From an uncultured Candidatus Marinamargulisbacteria bacterium (lineage in GTDB: Bacteria; Margulisbacteria; Marinamargulisbacteria; GCA-2716485; CALLLO01), in NCBI GenBank assembly GCA_938082985.1, contig CALLLO010000112.1, forward strand, positions 1 to 33,510: DNA of 33,510 nucleotides, given 5' to 3'. Position 1 is the first letter of the stretch. Every line of letters begins with the position of its first letter. The notes under the pieces were generated by a model, which saw nothing but the letters and a program-made list of their open reading frames with translations, searched no databases and had not been told where the DNA came from. The translations under genes and the position numbers were made by a program. Positions 8,701-16,047 of the stretch are shown here, piece by piece.

Positions 8701-9130
8701 CATTGGCACTTGTTATAGTTTGACTTGTAAACTCAAACTGGCCTGATTGAATTGAACTTGCAGAGAAGGGTAGAGAATCCAAAAGAATATCATCACTATC
8801 TTTAATTCCGTCAAAGCCAGTATCTAAATAAAGATAGGCATTGGAAATGCCCTTTCCAAAATCAACATCGTCGGATTGGTTTTCAATGTTAATACCATTT
8901 ATAGAGATGTCATCATCTGTAGTTTCCAGTGTGAAATATATCATCACGACGGACGACTGCCCTTGAGGCGCGTGAGTACGGTCTGCCGATGATTCTGCAA
9001 TACTTAAAGCGGCTCCAATTGGAGTCGCGAGCATGAGCAAGAATAAAATAGAAAAAAGTTTTATATATCGCATTTTTTTTAAAAGAGTTCGCCGAAAATT
9101 TATAGTGAAATTACTCTTAAAGTGTAGCAT
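5765..9130 (-). CDS. Large secreted acidic repeat protein with a T9SS-type (Por secretion tail / FlgD-Ig-like) C-terminal domain
   Basis: The ORF is 1121 codons. The likely start is the ATG at 9073 (MRYIKLFSILFLLMLATPIGAA signal peptide) rather than 9130. The protein is D/E/S/T/N-rich with few K/R. It has four divergent internal modules (aa ~55-735). The C-terminal ~90 aa read LFYPNPYKMGESALILGYFTTQPCNVTMYLFDHNGIQVF...LAPGIYLCKVIAEDNNGNEYYKVTKLSIF, which fits the YPNP...I.y......v...i.d..G..v........G.......l..G.Y......... pattern of T9SS CTDs. Confidence 0.75.
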   Translation of the reverse strand: MLHFKSNFTINFRRTLLKKMRYIKLFSILFLLMLATPIGAALSIAESSADRTHAPQGQSSVVMIYFTLETTDDDISINGINIENQSDDVDFGKGISNAYLYLDTGFDGIKDSDDILLDSLPFSASSIQSGQFEFTSQTITSANATAFIILYDFGATATLGGETNLTLTEIKGTSSTNDLSLSAHTDTTIPISNSVIVTGIKKITIVDVAPSVVLPGQTNIPMLYVSISLSDESILSESPMTFSLKNESNNYATADSATDGVVEARLLLANFYPFDTLFESDNTIHTISIDDSDEYYFPSASNFDFSFGTDGLSYPTDFQGISTGTTKNFYIVYDVGEDISVTEDTTISAQLYSFIGYGENSGLTIEWPLSSQTREASAESLVAGLSLEDIESIVPDGDSFGSGTTVPMLSFTLRSNHTDITVNAITLFNEGTVPFRINTDDEDVINVSVYRDSDGDKSYSDADTQVADVDLGMINDITGITNQSDVVVVPFLNTSEEQGIIISSYDSEALGYPSNNDEVFFVTYTFGKTINGGVNASGNTTFVSDSSLGELFATASITIDGEVTSTALGLSGVNNTNGAYASPEAEVTLVESNLSIINILDISPDSVYLGQLQVPMLSLELDATKVAFTSTNIRILNSGGSFLDDNTGVSKVWIYRDNPPYGEFDSSSDEFINSTDSFLETTSIDIFGIDLNSGINRLLLLYNIGQNDEGRDEDLTDEDQISIQLIKAQINDIETDSDAATSVVLVGQLPLPVDSANVAVYRAFFDTIDISISNPDDAATTTLNVSLEFTNDSSSILSIESIHPRIYLDSLGGSDISYEFNIEPADSSEIEYPYDIAAGNSETFEFEIRHRSQESEGIGYLDASIKYTVDGQMTPATASILLSRYRNNTSYASAVKNPPELSLVAAYDDYSWVFPSYIASVEYKRTATDTFSQGMALKAGDSLIITFKDKGSYINQSSLYLSLNGNTLTRTSINENSSGTYYYDETTGILTIEQLGAVDGTIELDVNDGVSSLTQATFSYEINSSVELSNVLFYPNPYKMGESALILGYFTTQPCNVTMYLFDHNGIQVFTDTQEATTIGSNKFELGANTSALAPGIYLCKVIAEDNNGNEYYKVTKLSIF

Positions 9131-9141
9131 AGTTGGTAGAC

Positions 9142-9864
9142 TTAAGTAATCTCAAAATTTGAGTAGACTTCTTGAACATCGTCGTCATCGTCAAGCTTGT
9201 CTATAAGTGAGAGTATTTTTTCACCTTGTTCTTCAGTGAGAGTGACGGTGGTGGTGGGGATTTTTGTGACTGCTGCCGTATCATACTCTAGTTTAGCTTC
9301 GTCAAAGACGTCTCTTGCCGCGTCGAATGCCTCGGGAGCTGTAATCACTTCTATAGATCCATCCTCTTGGGTTTCAAGGTTTTCAGCGTCGGCGGACATG
9401 GCCGCTTCCATAAGGGTGTCTTCATCTGTCTCAGGTGAAAATAAGAAGTAGCCTTTGCTTGAAAATAAGTAGGCGACAGCTCCTTGTGTGGCGATAGACC
9501 CTCCGCCTCTACTTATGATGGCTTTTACATTTGCGATGGTTCTGTGTCTGTTGTCTGTGAGTGTGCTAATCATCATGGCGACACCATGTGACGCATAGGC
9601 TTCATAGGTTAACTCTTCTAGTTCAGCGTCGGCGCCTCCGCCTTCACCTTTCTGAATAGCACGTTTGATATTTTCGTTAGGCATATTACATGCTTTTGCT
9701 TTTTGTAGAGCTAAGCGAAGTCTGCCATTCATGAGACAGTCGTTGCCCCCAAGCTTTACAGCCATAAGGATTTCTCGTGCTACTTTAGAAAAAACTTTAC
9801 CCTTTTGGGCGTCTGTTTTTGCTTTTTTGTGTTTTATGGTGCTCCACTTACTATGTCCCGACAT
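9142..9864 (-). CDS. yebC: YebC/PmpR-family DNA-binding regulator
   Basis: The N-terminus MSGHSKWSTIKHKKAKTDAQKGKVFSK and the 240-aa length are diagnostic of the family. Confidence 0.9.
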   Translation of the reverse strand: MSGHSKWSTIKHKKAKTDAQKGKVFSKVAREILMAVKLGGNDCLMNGRLRLALQKAKACNMPNENIKRAIQKGEGGGADAELEELTYEAYASHGVAMMISTLTDNRHRTIANVKAIISRGGGSIATQGAVAYLFSSKGYFLFSPETDEDTLMEAAMSADAENLETQEDGSIEVITAPEAFDAARDVFDEAKLEYDTAAVTKIPTTTVTLTEEQGEKILSLIDKLDDDDDVQEVYSNFEIT

Positions 9865-9870
9865 ATCTAA

Positions 9871-9899
9871 AGTATATAAGGCTGACTAGGCTTTTTCAA
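9871..9899 (-). promoter_or_regulatory. Sigma70-like promoter of yebC: TTGAAA-17-TATACT, 6 nt before ATG
   Basis: The minus strand reads TTGAAA aagcctagtcagcctta TATACT ttagat ATG. No SD is present. The predicted TSS is at or next to the start codon. Confidence 0.5.
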
Positions 9900-9911
9900 C
9901 CAAGGGAGAAT

Positions 9912-12263
9912 TTATACCTGAGGTTTCTTCTCGATAGCGTGTTGGGAGATAAATCCGCTCTCATTGAGTTCGTCCATAATGCGGGCGGCTCTGTTGTAGC
10001 CGATACGTAATTTTCTTTGGAGATAAGAGGTGGAGGCGTATTGAGTACTCAGTATAAGTTTTTTTGCTTCTTCGAGAAGGGGGTCTTCATCAGATGTTTG
10101 TGTATTTCCTGCTGCACTTTCTTCATCGGGTTCAACGTTTAGAGCTTCAGAATCATAGTCTGGAGAGCCTTGTTTTTTGAGCCATTCTACGACATTTTTG
10201 ACTTCATTTTCAGTGACAAAAACACCTTGAGCACGTTTGGGTTTGAAGGCGCCAACGGGAGAATAGAGCATGTCTCCTTTTCCGAGGAGTTTTTCGGCTC
10301 CTGGCATATCGATAATGGTTCTGGAGTCTATTTGAGACTGTAAGAAAAAGGAGATTCTTGACGGTACATTGGCCTTGATAAGACCTGTTACAACGTTAAC
10401 GCTAGGGCGTTGTGTTGCGATAACGAGATGGATGCCTGTAGCACGTGCCATTTGTGCTAAGCGACATATTGTGTTTTCCACATCTTGGGACGCTACCATC
10501 ATAAGATCTGCCAACTCATCTATAACCACGACGATATAGGGGATTTTTTTTAATTTAGGCTGCTCGTCTATGTCTTCAGGGTTTTTTAAGCTTGATGCGA
10601 GAGCGGCTTTTTGGGCGGCTATTTTTTCGGCATGTTCAGCATGTTCTTTTTTTACGTAGGCGTTGTATCCAGCAATATCTTTAACCCCTACACGTGCAAA
10701 TTCTTCATAACGAGATTCCATTTCTAAGAGAGCCCATTTTTTGAGTGTGGCGGCGGCTTTGTGTGGGTCGGTTACAACGGGTGCGACAAGATGGGGGATA
10801 CCTTGATACAAGCTGAGCTCTACCTTTTTAGGATCAATCATTAAAAATTTCACATCTTCTGGCTTAGCTTTCATTAAAATGGAGAGGATAATAGCGTTTA
10901 TGCACACACTTTTTCCAGAACCTGTAGCCCCTGCGATCAAGACATGGGGCATTTTGCCTACATCCATAAGAATAGACTCTCCAGTGATGGTTAAGCCGAG
11001 AACAGTCTGAAGCAGAGAGTCGGATTCATAAAAGTCGGTACTTTCCATAATGGAGCGAATAGTTATGGTTTCAACGGAGGTATTTGGAACCTCAATTCCG
11101 ACGAGGGCTTTCCCCGGTATGGGGGCTTCTATACGAATGTCTGGCGCGGCTAATTTAAGGGCGATATCTTTGGCTAGGTTCGTGATTTTACTGATTTTGA
11201 CCCCGTCACCAGGCTTAAGTTCAAAGCGGGTGACAGAGGGACCCGCGGTGACATTGACGACTTTTGCTGAGACGTTAAAGCTGCTTAATGTCATTTCTAA
11301 AATGTCGGCTTGTTCTTTATGATTTTTAGTTTGTTCTTTAATGTTTGCTTTTTTGCGTCCCCCAGCTTTAAGTAGTGACAGAGGCGGGAGGACGAAGCTA
11401 TTTAAGTCGGTAGTCGACTCTATGGGCCTTTTTTTTATTATCTTTTTTATTTTTTCAGGCACAAGAGTTTCTTCTGGAGCCTCTTCAATAGAGTCTAGAA
11501 AAAAGTCTGTGTTTCCCCCTTCGGTTTTTAGGTAGGGGTCGGTCAGGGTGGGTGGTTTTGGGGAAGGGCTGTGCATGAGGTCATCAAAGGGAAGGTCTTT
11601 GCTGCCTTTTATTTTTTTGTAGCATAGATATTGTAGTATCGGATGCTTAAGCAGAGATCCAGCAGCCCCCTTTTTCTTCTTTTTACGGCGACCCATGGGG
11701 ATTATAATTTCTATGCTATCCAATACGGAGTTGAGGTAGATATACATACGTTTGATCGAAACGCCAAACATGAAGACGGCTGACGATAGAAATACGCCAA
11801 AAATAAGTAGGGTGGTACCGTACTTTCCTAGCAACTTAAATAATATAAAATGACCTAAAACGCCAATGTATCCACCGATGCTGGAGAGAGGTAGTGGCCA
11901 GCTTAAGAAAAGAAGGCTGTCTCTAAAGTGTCTTTCGATTAAGATAACAAAGCATATATAGCTTGCTAAGGCCGCTAATAATATCGTGGGGTGCTTGTTT
12001 TTTGTGCTTAAGAGGGAGATGCCTGGCAGGGCCAAAAAGAGAGGCATAAACATAAAACCCTTATATCCGAATAAGGCCGTAAAAGTAGTTATAAGGCCGT
12101 ACCCTATAAGGCCCGTTGCTTCAGGGAATTGATTACATATTAGGATGAAGAAGGCGGAGATGAAAAATAGAACTGACCATATTTCTCGATGGATATTTTT
12201 TTGACTGGAGGACGTGATACGGAGTCGTTTTTTTGTGGGTGTTTTACTTGTTTTTTTTTGCAT
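9912..12263 (-). CDS. ftsK: DNA translocase FtsK/SpoIIIE
   Basis: N-terminal polytopic membrane domain, a linker, then a motor domain with Walker A GATGSGKS and Walker B YIVVVIDELADL. The C-terminal gamma wHTH reads ASTSYLQRKLRIGYNRAARIMDEL. Confidence 0.9.
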   Translation of the reverse strand: MQKKTSKTPTKKRLRITSSSQKNIHREIWSVLFFISAFFILICNQFPEATGLIGYGLITTFTALFGYKGFMFMPLFLALPGISLLSTKNKHPTILLAALASYICFVILIERHFRDSLLFLSWPLPLSSIGGYIGVLGHFILFKLLGKYGTTLLIFGVFLSSAVFMFGVSIKRMYIYLNSVLDSIEIIIPMGRRKKKKKGAAGSLLKHPILQYLCYKKIKGSKDLPFDDLMHSPSPKPPTLTDPYLKTEGGNTDFFLDSIEEAPEETLVPEKIKKIIKKRPIESTTDLNSFVLPPLSLLKAGGRKKANIKEQTKNHKEQADILEMTLSSFNVSAKVVNVTAGPSVTRFELKPGDGVKISKITNLAKDIALKLAAPDIRIEAPIPGKALVGIEVPNTSVETITIRSIMESTDFYESDSLLQTVLGLTITGESILMDVGKMPHVLIAGATGSGKSVCINAIILSILMKAKPEDVKFLMIDPKKVELSLYQGIPHLVAPVVTDPHKAAATLKKWALLEMESRYEEFARVGVKDIAGYNAYVKKEHAEHAEKIAAQKAALASSLKNPEDIDEQPKLKKIPYIVVVIDELADLMMVASQDVENTICRLAQMARATGIHLVIATQRPSVNVVTGLIKANVPSRISFFLQSQIDSRTIIDMPGAEKLLGKGDMLYSPVGAFKPKRAQGVFVTENEVKNVVEWLKKQGSPDYDSEALNVEPDEESAAGNTQTSDEDPLLEEAKKLILSTQYASTSYLQRKLRIGYNRAARIMDELNESGFISQHAIEKKPQV

Positions 12264-12469
12264 TATACAACCTGGGCTTTTTTAGCTTCTAAGCCTTTTC
12301 CTCGTTTTTTACTTAAAAAAGATAATCGTTGTCCCTCATGAACATAACTATATCCTTTTGTGCTAATATCGGAGGCGTGTAAAAATAGCTCTTTGCCATC
12401 GTCTCGAAGGACAAAGCCATAGCCTCTTTCAATATCAAACCATTTTACAACACCGGATTCTTCTGACAC
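12263..12469 (-). CDS. Cold-shock protein (CspA family)
   Basis: 68 aa with GVVKWFDIERGYGFV (RNP1-like) and a GTG start. Its stop overlaps the ftsK start (TAATG). Confidence 0.85.
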   Translation of the reverse strand: MSEESGVVKWFDIERGYGFVLRDDGKELFLHASDISTKGYSYVHEGQRLSFLSKKRGKGLEAKKAQVV

Positions 12470-12475
12470 CAGCTT

Positions 12476-12484
12476 AGTATAACA
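12476..12484 (-). promoter_or_regulatory. Extended -10 element (TGtTATACT) 6 nt upstream of the csp GTG
   Basis: The minus strand reads ctttaTGTTATACTaagctgGTG. The motif is identical to the one upstream of mltG. Confidence 0.4.
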
Positions 12485-12494
12485 TAAAGGACGT

Positions 12495-12523
12495 TTGGCA
12501 ATAACTTAAAAGCCAGCTAGAAT
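12495..12523 (+). promoter_or_regulatory. Sigma70-like promoter of secA: TTGGCA-17-TAGAAT, 7 nt before ATG
   Basis: Each hexamer matches consensus at 5/6 positions and the spacer is 17 nt. No SD lies between the -10 and ATG 12531. Confidence 0.55.
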
Positions 12524-12530
12524 GTGACCT

Positions 12531-14909
12531 ATGTCACTACTAACAAAAATTAAACAACGTATTTTCGGAGATCCGAATAAAAAGATTCTCCAACATTATA
12601 ATCCTCGTGTAGAGGCTATTAATGCTTTGCAAGATGAAATGTCTGCACTGTCTGATGCCGAACTAAAGGCGAAGACCGGACTTTTTAAAGAGAGATTAAA
12701 GAAAAAAGAAGGCTTAGACGATATTCTTGTAGAAGCCTTTGCTGTTGTTAGAGAGACATCCGGTAGAGTACTTAATATGCGACATTTTGATGTTCAGTTA
12801 ATCGGAGGTATGGTCTTACATGAGGGGCTTATCGCTGAGATGAGAACGGGTGAAGGGAAGACGCTTATGTCTACTTTAGCCGCTTATTTGAACGCTCTCG
12901 AACAAAAGGGCGTTTATATTGTGACGGTAAACGATTATTTAGCGAAAAGAGATAGTGAGTGGATGGGGCAAATTTATTCCTTTTTAGGCGTAAGCGTTGG
13001 GGTTATTCAATCCGGTATTTCGCAACAGGAGCGTATTGAGGCCTATGGTGCGGATATTACGTATGGAACGAATAATGAATTTGGTTTTGATTACTTAAGA
13101 GATAACCTCGCTCATTCTCTAAAAGAGTGTTGCCAGGTGCGTCGTCATTTTGCGATTATTGATGAAGTAGACAGTATTTTAATTGACGAGGCGAGAACGC
13201 CTCTTATTATTTCTGGTCCGATTCAAGATTCCCCGGATAAATTTAAGAAGGCGGCTAAAATTGTCCGTGTATTAGAGATTGATAAAGATTTTACGGTGGA
13301 TGAAAAACATAAGAATGTCGTGTTAACCGATGATGGCATTGTAAAAATTGAAAAGTCTCTTGGATTGGATAATATTTATTCGGTTAAACATATGGATGCC
13401 GCTCATATGGTGGTGCAATGCTTGAAAGCGATGCATATTTTTAAACGAGATGTGGATTATGTTCTTAAAGATGGTGAGATTGTTATTGTGGATGAGTTTA
13501 CCGGCCGTCTTATGGACGGGCGTCGCTTTTCAGATGGGCTGCATCAGGCCATTGAAGCCATTGAAAAAGTGAAAATAAGAGAAGAAAGTCAAACTTTAGC
13601 GAGTGTGACCTTTCAAAATTATTTTAGAATGTTTCCCAAATTATCAGGTATGACAGGAACGGCCTTAACGGAAGCCGATGAGTTTGAAAATATTTATTCA
13701 TTAGCTGTCGTACCTATTCCTACAAACGTAGTTGTCACAAGAGAAGATTTATCAGATGTTGTTTACAATACAAAAGCTGAAAAATATAAAGCCATCGTAG
13801 AACAGATAGCGGAACTTAATAAAAAAGGGCAACCCGTTTTAGTCGGAACTATTGCGATTGAGACATCAGAACTGGTGTCTAAATTATTAAAATCTAAAAA
13901 GATAAAACATAATGTTCTAAACGCAAAGCAACATAAAAAAGAAGCTGAAGTTATTTCTAGTGCTGGAAAAAAAGGGTCCGTTACTATTGCGACAAATATG
14001 GCCGGTCGGGGAACAGATATTGTTTTAGGAGAAGGGGTTAAGGAGCTAGGTGGGCTGTGTGTATTAGGTACTGGGAGGCATGAGTCTCGTCGGATTGATA
14101 ATCAGTTGAGAGGCCGAGCAGGGAGGCAGGGAGATCCTGGTTTAACAAAGTTTTATGTTGCACTTGAAGATGATTTGATGCGGATGTTTGGCTCAGATAG
14201 GATCTCTAAAATTATGTCAGCGCTAAAAATGCCAGAAGATACGCCGATTGAGTCTCCCCTGATCTCAAAATCTATTGAGAAAGCGCAGACTAAAGTTGAG
14301 AAATATCATTTTTCAATGAGAAAGCAGATTTTAGAATATGATGATGTTATGAGTCAGCAACGAGAGACCATTTATGGTATTAGGCGCAGGATTTTGGAAA
14401 GAAAGGATATCGGGAGACTGGTTAAAGAAGGCGTTTCAGATTTGGTTAAGGGGCTGTTTATTGAACATGCGGGGCAAGAATTAAAAAATAAAGAGTCCAT
14501 AGAGGGGCTGTCAAAATCTCTAAGAGCTGTATATGGGGAGGGGAATTTTGATCCTATTTTGAACTCGGATAAAAAAAATGAAGAAAAAATAAAGGCAGTA
14601 GAGGGGTGTTTTTTTTCAGGATATGAATCTAAAAAGGCCGCGTATCCTCCAGGGCTTTTTGATGCCGTAGTATCCGCTCAAGTTCTTTTGGTTAACGTAG
14701 ATAGAAAGTGGATGGACCATCTAAATAATATGGATATTTTAAGAGAAGGTATTGGTTTGAGAGCGTGGGGACAGCGACATCCTTTAATCGAGTATAAGCG
14801 AGAAGCGTATGACATGTTTACGGAATTGAGGCTTAATATTTACGAAGAATCATTGTCTATGATTTACAGAGCTGAGCTTAGCGAAACACCTACTAAGGTA
14901 GTGGCCTGA
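12531..14909 (+). CDS. secA: Preprotein translocase ATPase SecA
   Basis: The N-terminus is MSLLTKIKQRIFGDPNKKIL. Motifs include Walker A MRTGEGKT, DEVDSILIDEARTPLIISG and ATNMAGRGTDI. The protein is 792 aa and lacks a Cys-rich C-terminal tail. Confidence 0.95.
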   Translation: MSLLTKIKQRIFGDPNKKILQHYNPRVEAINALQDEMSALSDAELKAKTGLFKERLKKKEGLDDILVEAFAVVRETSGRVLNMRHFDVQLIGGMVLHEGLIAEMRTGEGKTLMSTLAAYLNALEQKGVYIVTVNDYLAKRDSEWMGQIYSFLGVSVGVIQSGISQQERIEAYGADITYGTNNEFGFDYLRDNLAHSLKECCQVRRHFAIIDEVDSILIDEARTPLIISGPIQDSPDKFKKAAKIVRVLEIDKDFTVDEKHKNVVLTDDGIVKIEKSLGLDNIYSVKHMDAAHMVVQCLKAMHIFKRDVDYVLKDGEIVIVDEFTGRLMDGRRFSDGLHQAIEAIEKVKIREESQTLASVTFQNYFRMFPKLSGMTGTALTEADEFENIYSLAVVPIPTNVVVTREDLSDVVYNTKAEKYKAIVEQIAELNKKGQPVLVGTIAIETSELVSKLLKSKKIKHNVLNAKQHKKEAEVISSAGKKGSVTIATNMAGRGTDIVLGEGVKELGGLCVLGTGRHESRRIDNQLRGRAGRQGDPGLTKFYVALEDDLMRMFGSDRISKIMSALKMPEDTPIESPLISKSIEKAQTKVEKYHFSMRKQILEYDDVMSQQRETIYGIRRRILERKDIGRLVKEGVSDLVKGLFIEHAGQELKNKESIEGLSKSLRAVYGEGNFDPILNSDKKNEEKIKAVEGCFFSGYESKKAAYPPGLFDAVVSAQVLLVNVDRKWMDHLNNMDILREGIGLRAWGQRHPLIEYKREAYDMFTELRLNIYEESLSMIYRAELSETPTKVVA

Positions 14910-14910
14910 G

Positions 14911-16006
14911 GTGGATATACAGGAACTCAAGTATCAGGTAGCTGAGAGTTTGAAGTCTTTATATCACCTCGGAGACTATCTTTGACCTTGCTGAAAAACG
15001 GGAAGAAATACGACAAAAAGAAGTTGAGATAAGCGAAGATAGTTTTTGGAATGATAACCCGGACGCACAGCACATATTTTCACAGTTATCGAGTCTTAAG
15101 AAGACGGTGGCCAACTATGATGATTTAATCTCATTGAATGAAGATATTGAGGTGTATCTAGATCTTTTGCGCGAAGAAGAAGATGACAGAACGAAGGCGG
15201 AGCTCGATAATGCTGTAGCACTCTTTAAATCTAAGGTGGATGAGCTTGAAATCTTGGCTCTTTTATCTGGAAAATACGATACGTATAATTGTTTTTTTAG
15301 TATTAACGCTGGAGCAGGGGGGACGGATGCTCAGGATTGGGCGATGATGTTAATGCGTATGTATACGAGATGGTTTGAAAAACGAGGGTTTGAGGTAGCT
15401 CTTATCGAGCAATCTATGGGAGATGAGGCCGGGATTAAGTCCGTGCTTTTTTCGGTCAAAGGGAGCTTTGCTTATGGTTATATAAAAAATGAGATAGGTG
15501 TACATCGTTTGGTGAGACTGTCTCCGTTTAATTCTAATAATAAACGACAAACTTCCTTTGCAGCTGTCGACGTTGTCCCAGAAATTACACATGATTACGC
15601 CAATGTTCAGATTGAAAGCAAAGATTTAAAAATTGACACATATAGAGCTAGCGGGGCAGGGGGGCAGCATGTTAATAAAACGGATTCTGCTGTTAGGGTT
15701 ACGCATTTACCCACAGGACTTGTTGCGACATCTCAGAATAGCCGCTCGCAAACAGAGAACAAAGTAACGGCGATGTCTATTTTGAAATCAAGAATTGTAG
15801 CCTTGTTGGAGTCTGAGCATAAAGAGAAAATTGAGGATTTGAAAGGTAAGTCTGGGGACATTGCCTGGGGGAATCAAATTAGGTCCTATGTCTTTCATCC
15901 TTACAAGATGGTGAAAGACCTGAGAACGAATGAAGAAACGAGTAATGTTCAAAGAGTTATGGACGGGGACTTGGATGCTTTTGTGAACGCAAAGCTTAAG
16001 GCCTGA
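14911..16006 (+). CDS. prfB: Peptide chain release factor 2, expressed through a programmed +1 frameshift at 14980-14986
   Basis: Frame 0 runs from GTG 14911 (MDIQELKYQVAESLKSLYHLGDYL) to TGA at 14983. The +1 frame from GAC 14984 continues in frame with the track ORF 15107-16006. SPF (RLSPFNS) and GGQ (SGAGGQHVNK) motifs are present. Confidence 0.9.
14971..14986 (+). promoter_or_regulatory. RF2 autoregulatory +1 frameshift site (GGAG ac TAT CTT TGA C)
   Basis: The classic CUU UGA C slippery/stop context is preceded by an SD-like GGAG. Codon 25 is the in-frame UGA; in E. coli it is codon 26. Confidence 0.85.
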
Positions 16007-16012
16007 CACGTA

Positions 16013-16041
16013 TTGAGTCTAGGCAGCTTCTAAGCTAAACT
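16013..16041 (+). promoter_or_regulatory. Sigma70-like promoter TTGAGT-17-TAAACT, 6 nt before ATG 16048
   Basis: Read directly from the sequence. No SD is present. GCTAAACT followed by 6 nt and ATG recurs at 28469-28485. Confidence 0.4.
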
Positions 16042-16047
16042 CACAGA

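Noticed and set aside
9074-9130. A 19-codon extension (MLHFKSNFTINFRRTLLKK) of the large surface protein
   Set aside because: ATG 9073 gives a textbook signal peptide. A TATAAA(T) box at 9098-9104 lies inside the extension. The call remains uncertain, so the full ORF coordinates are reported.
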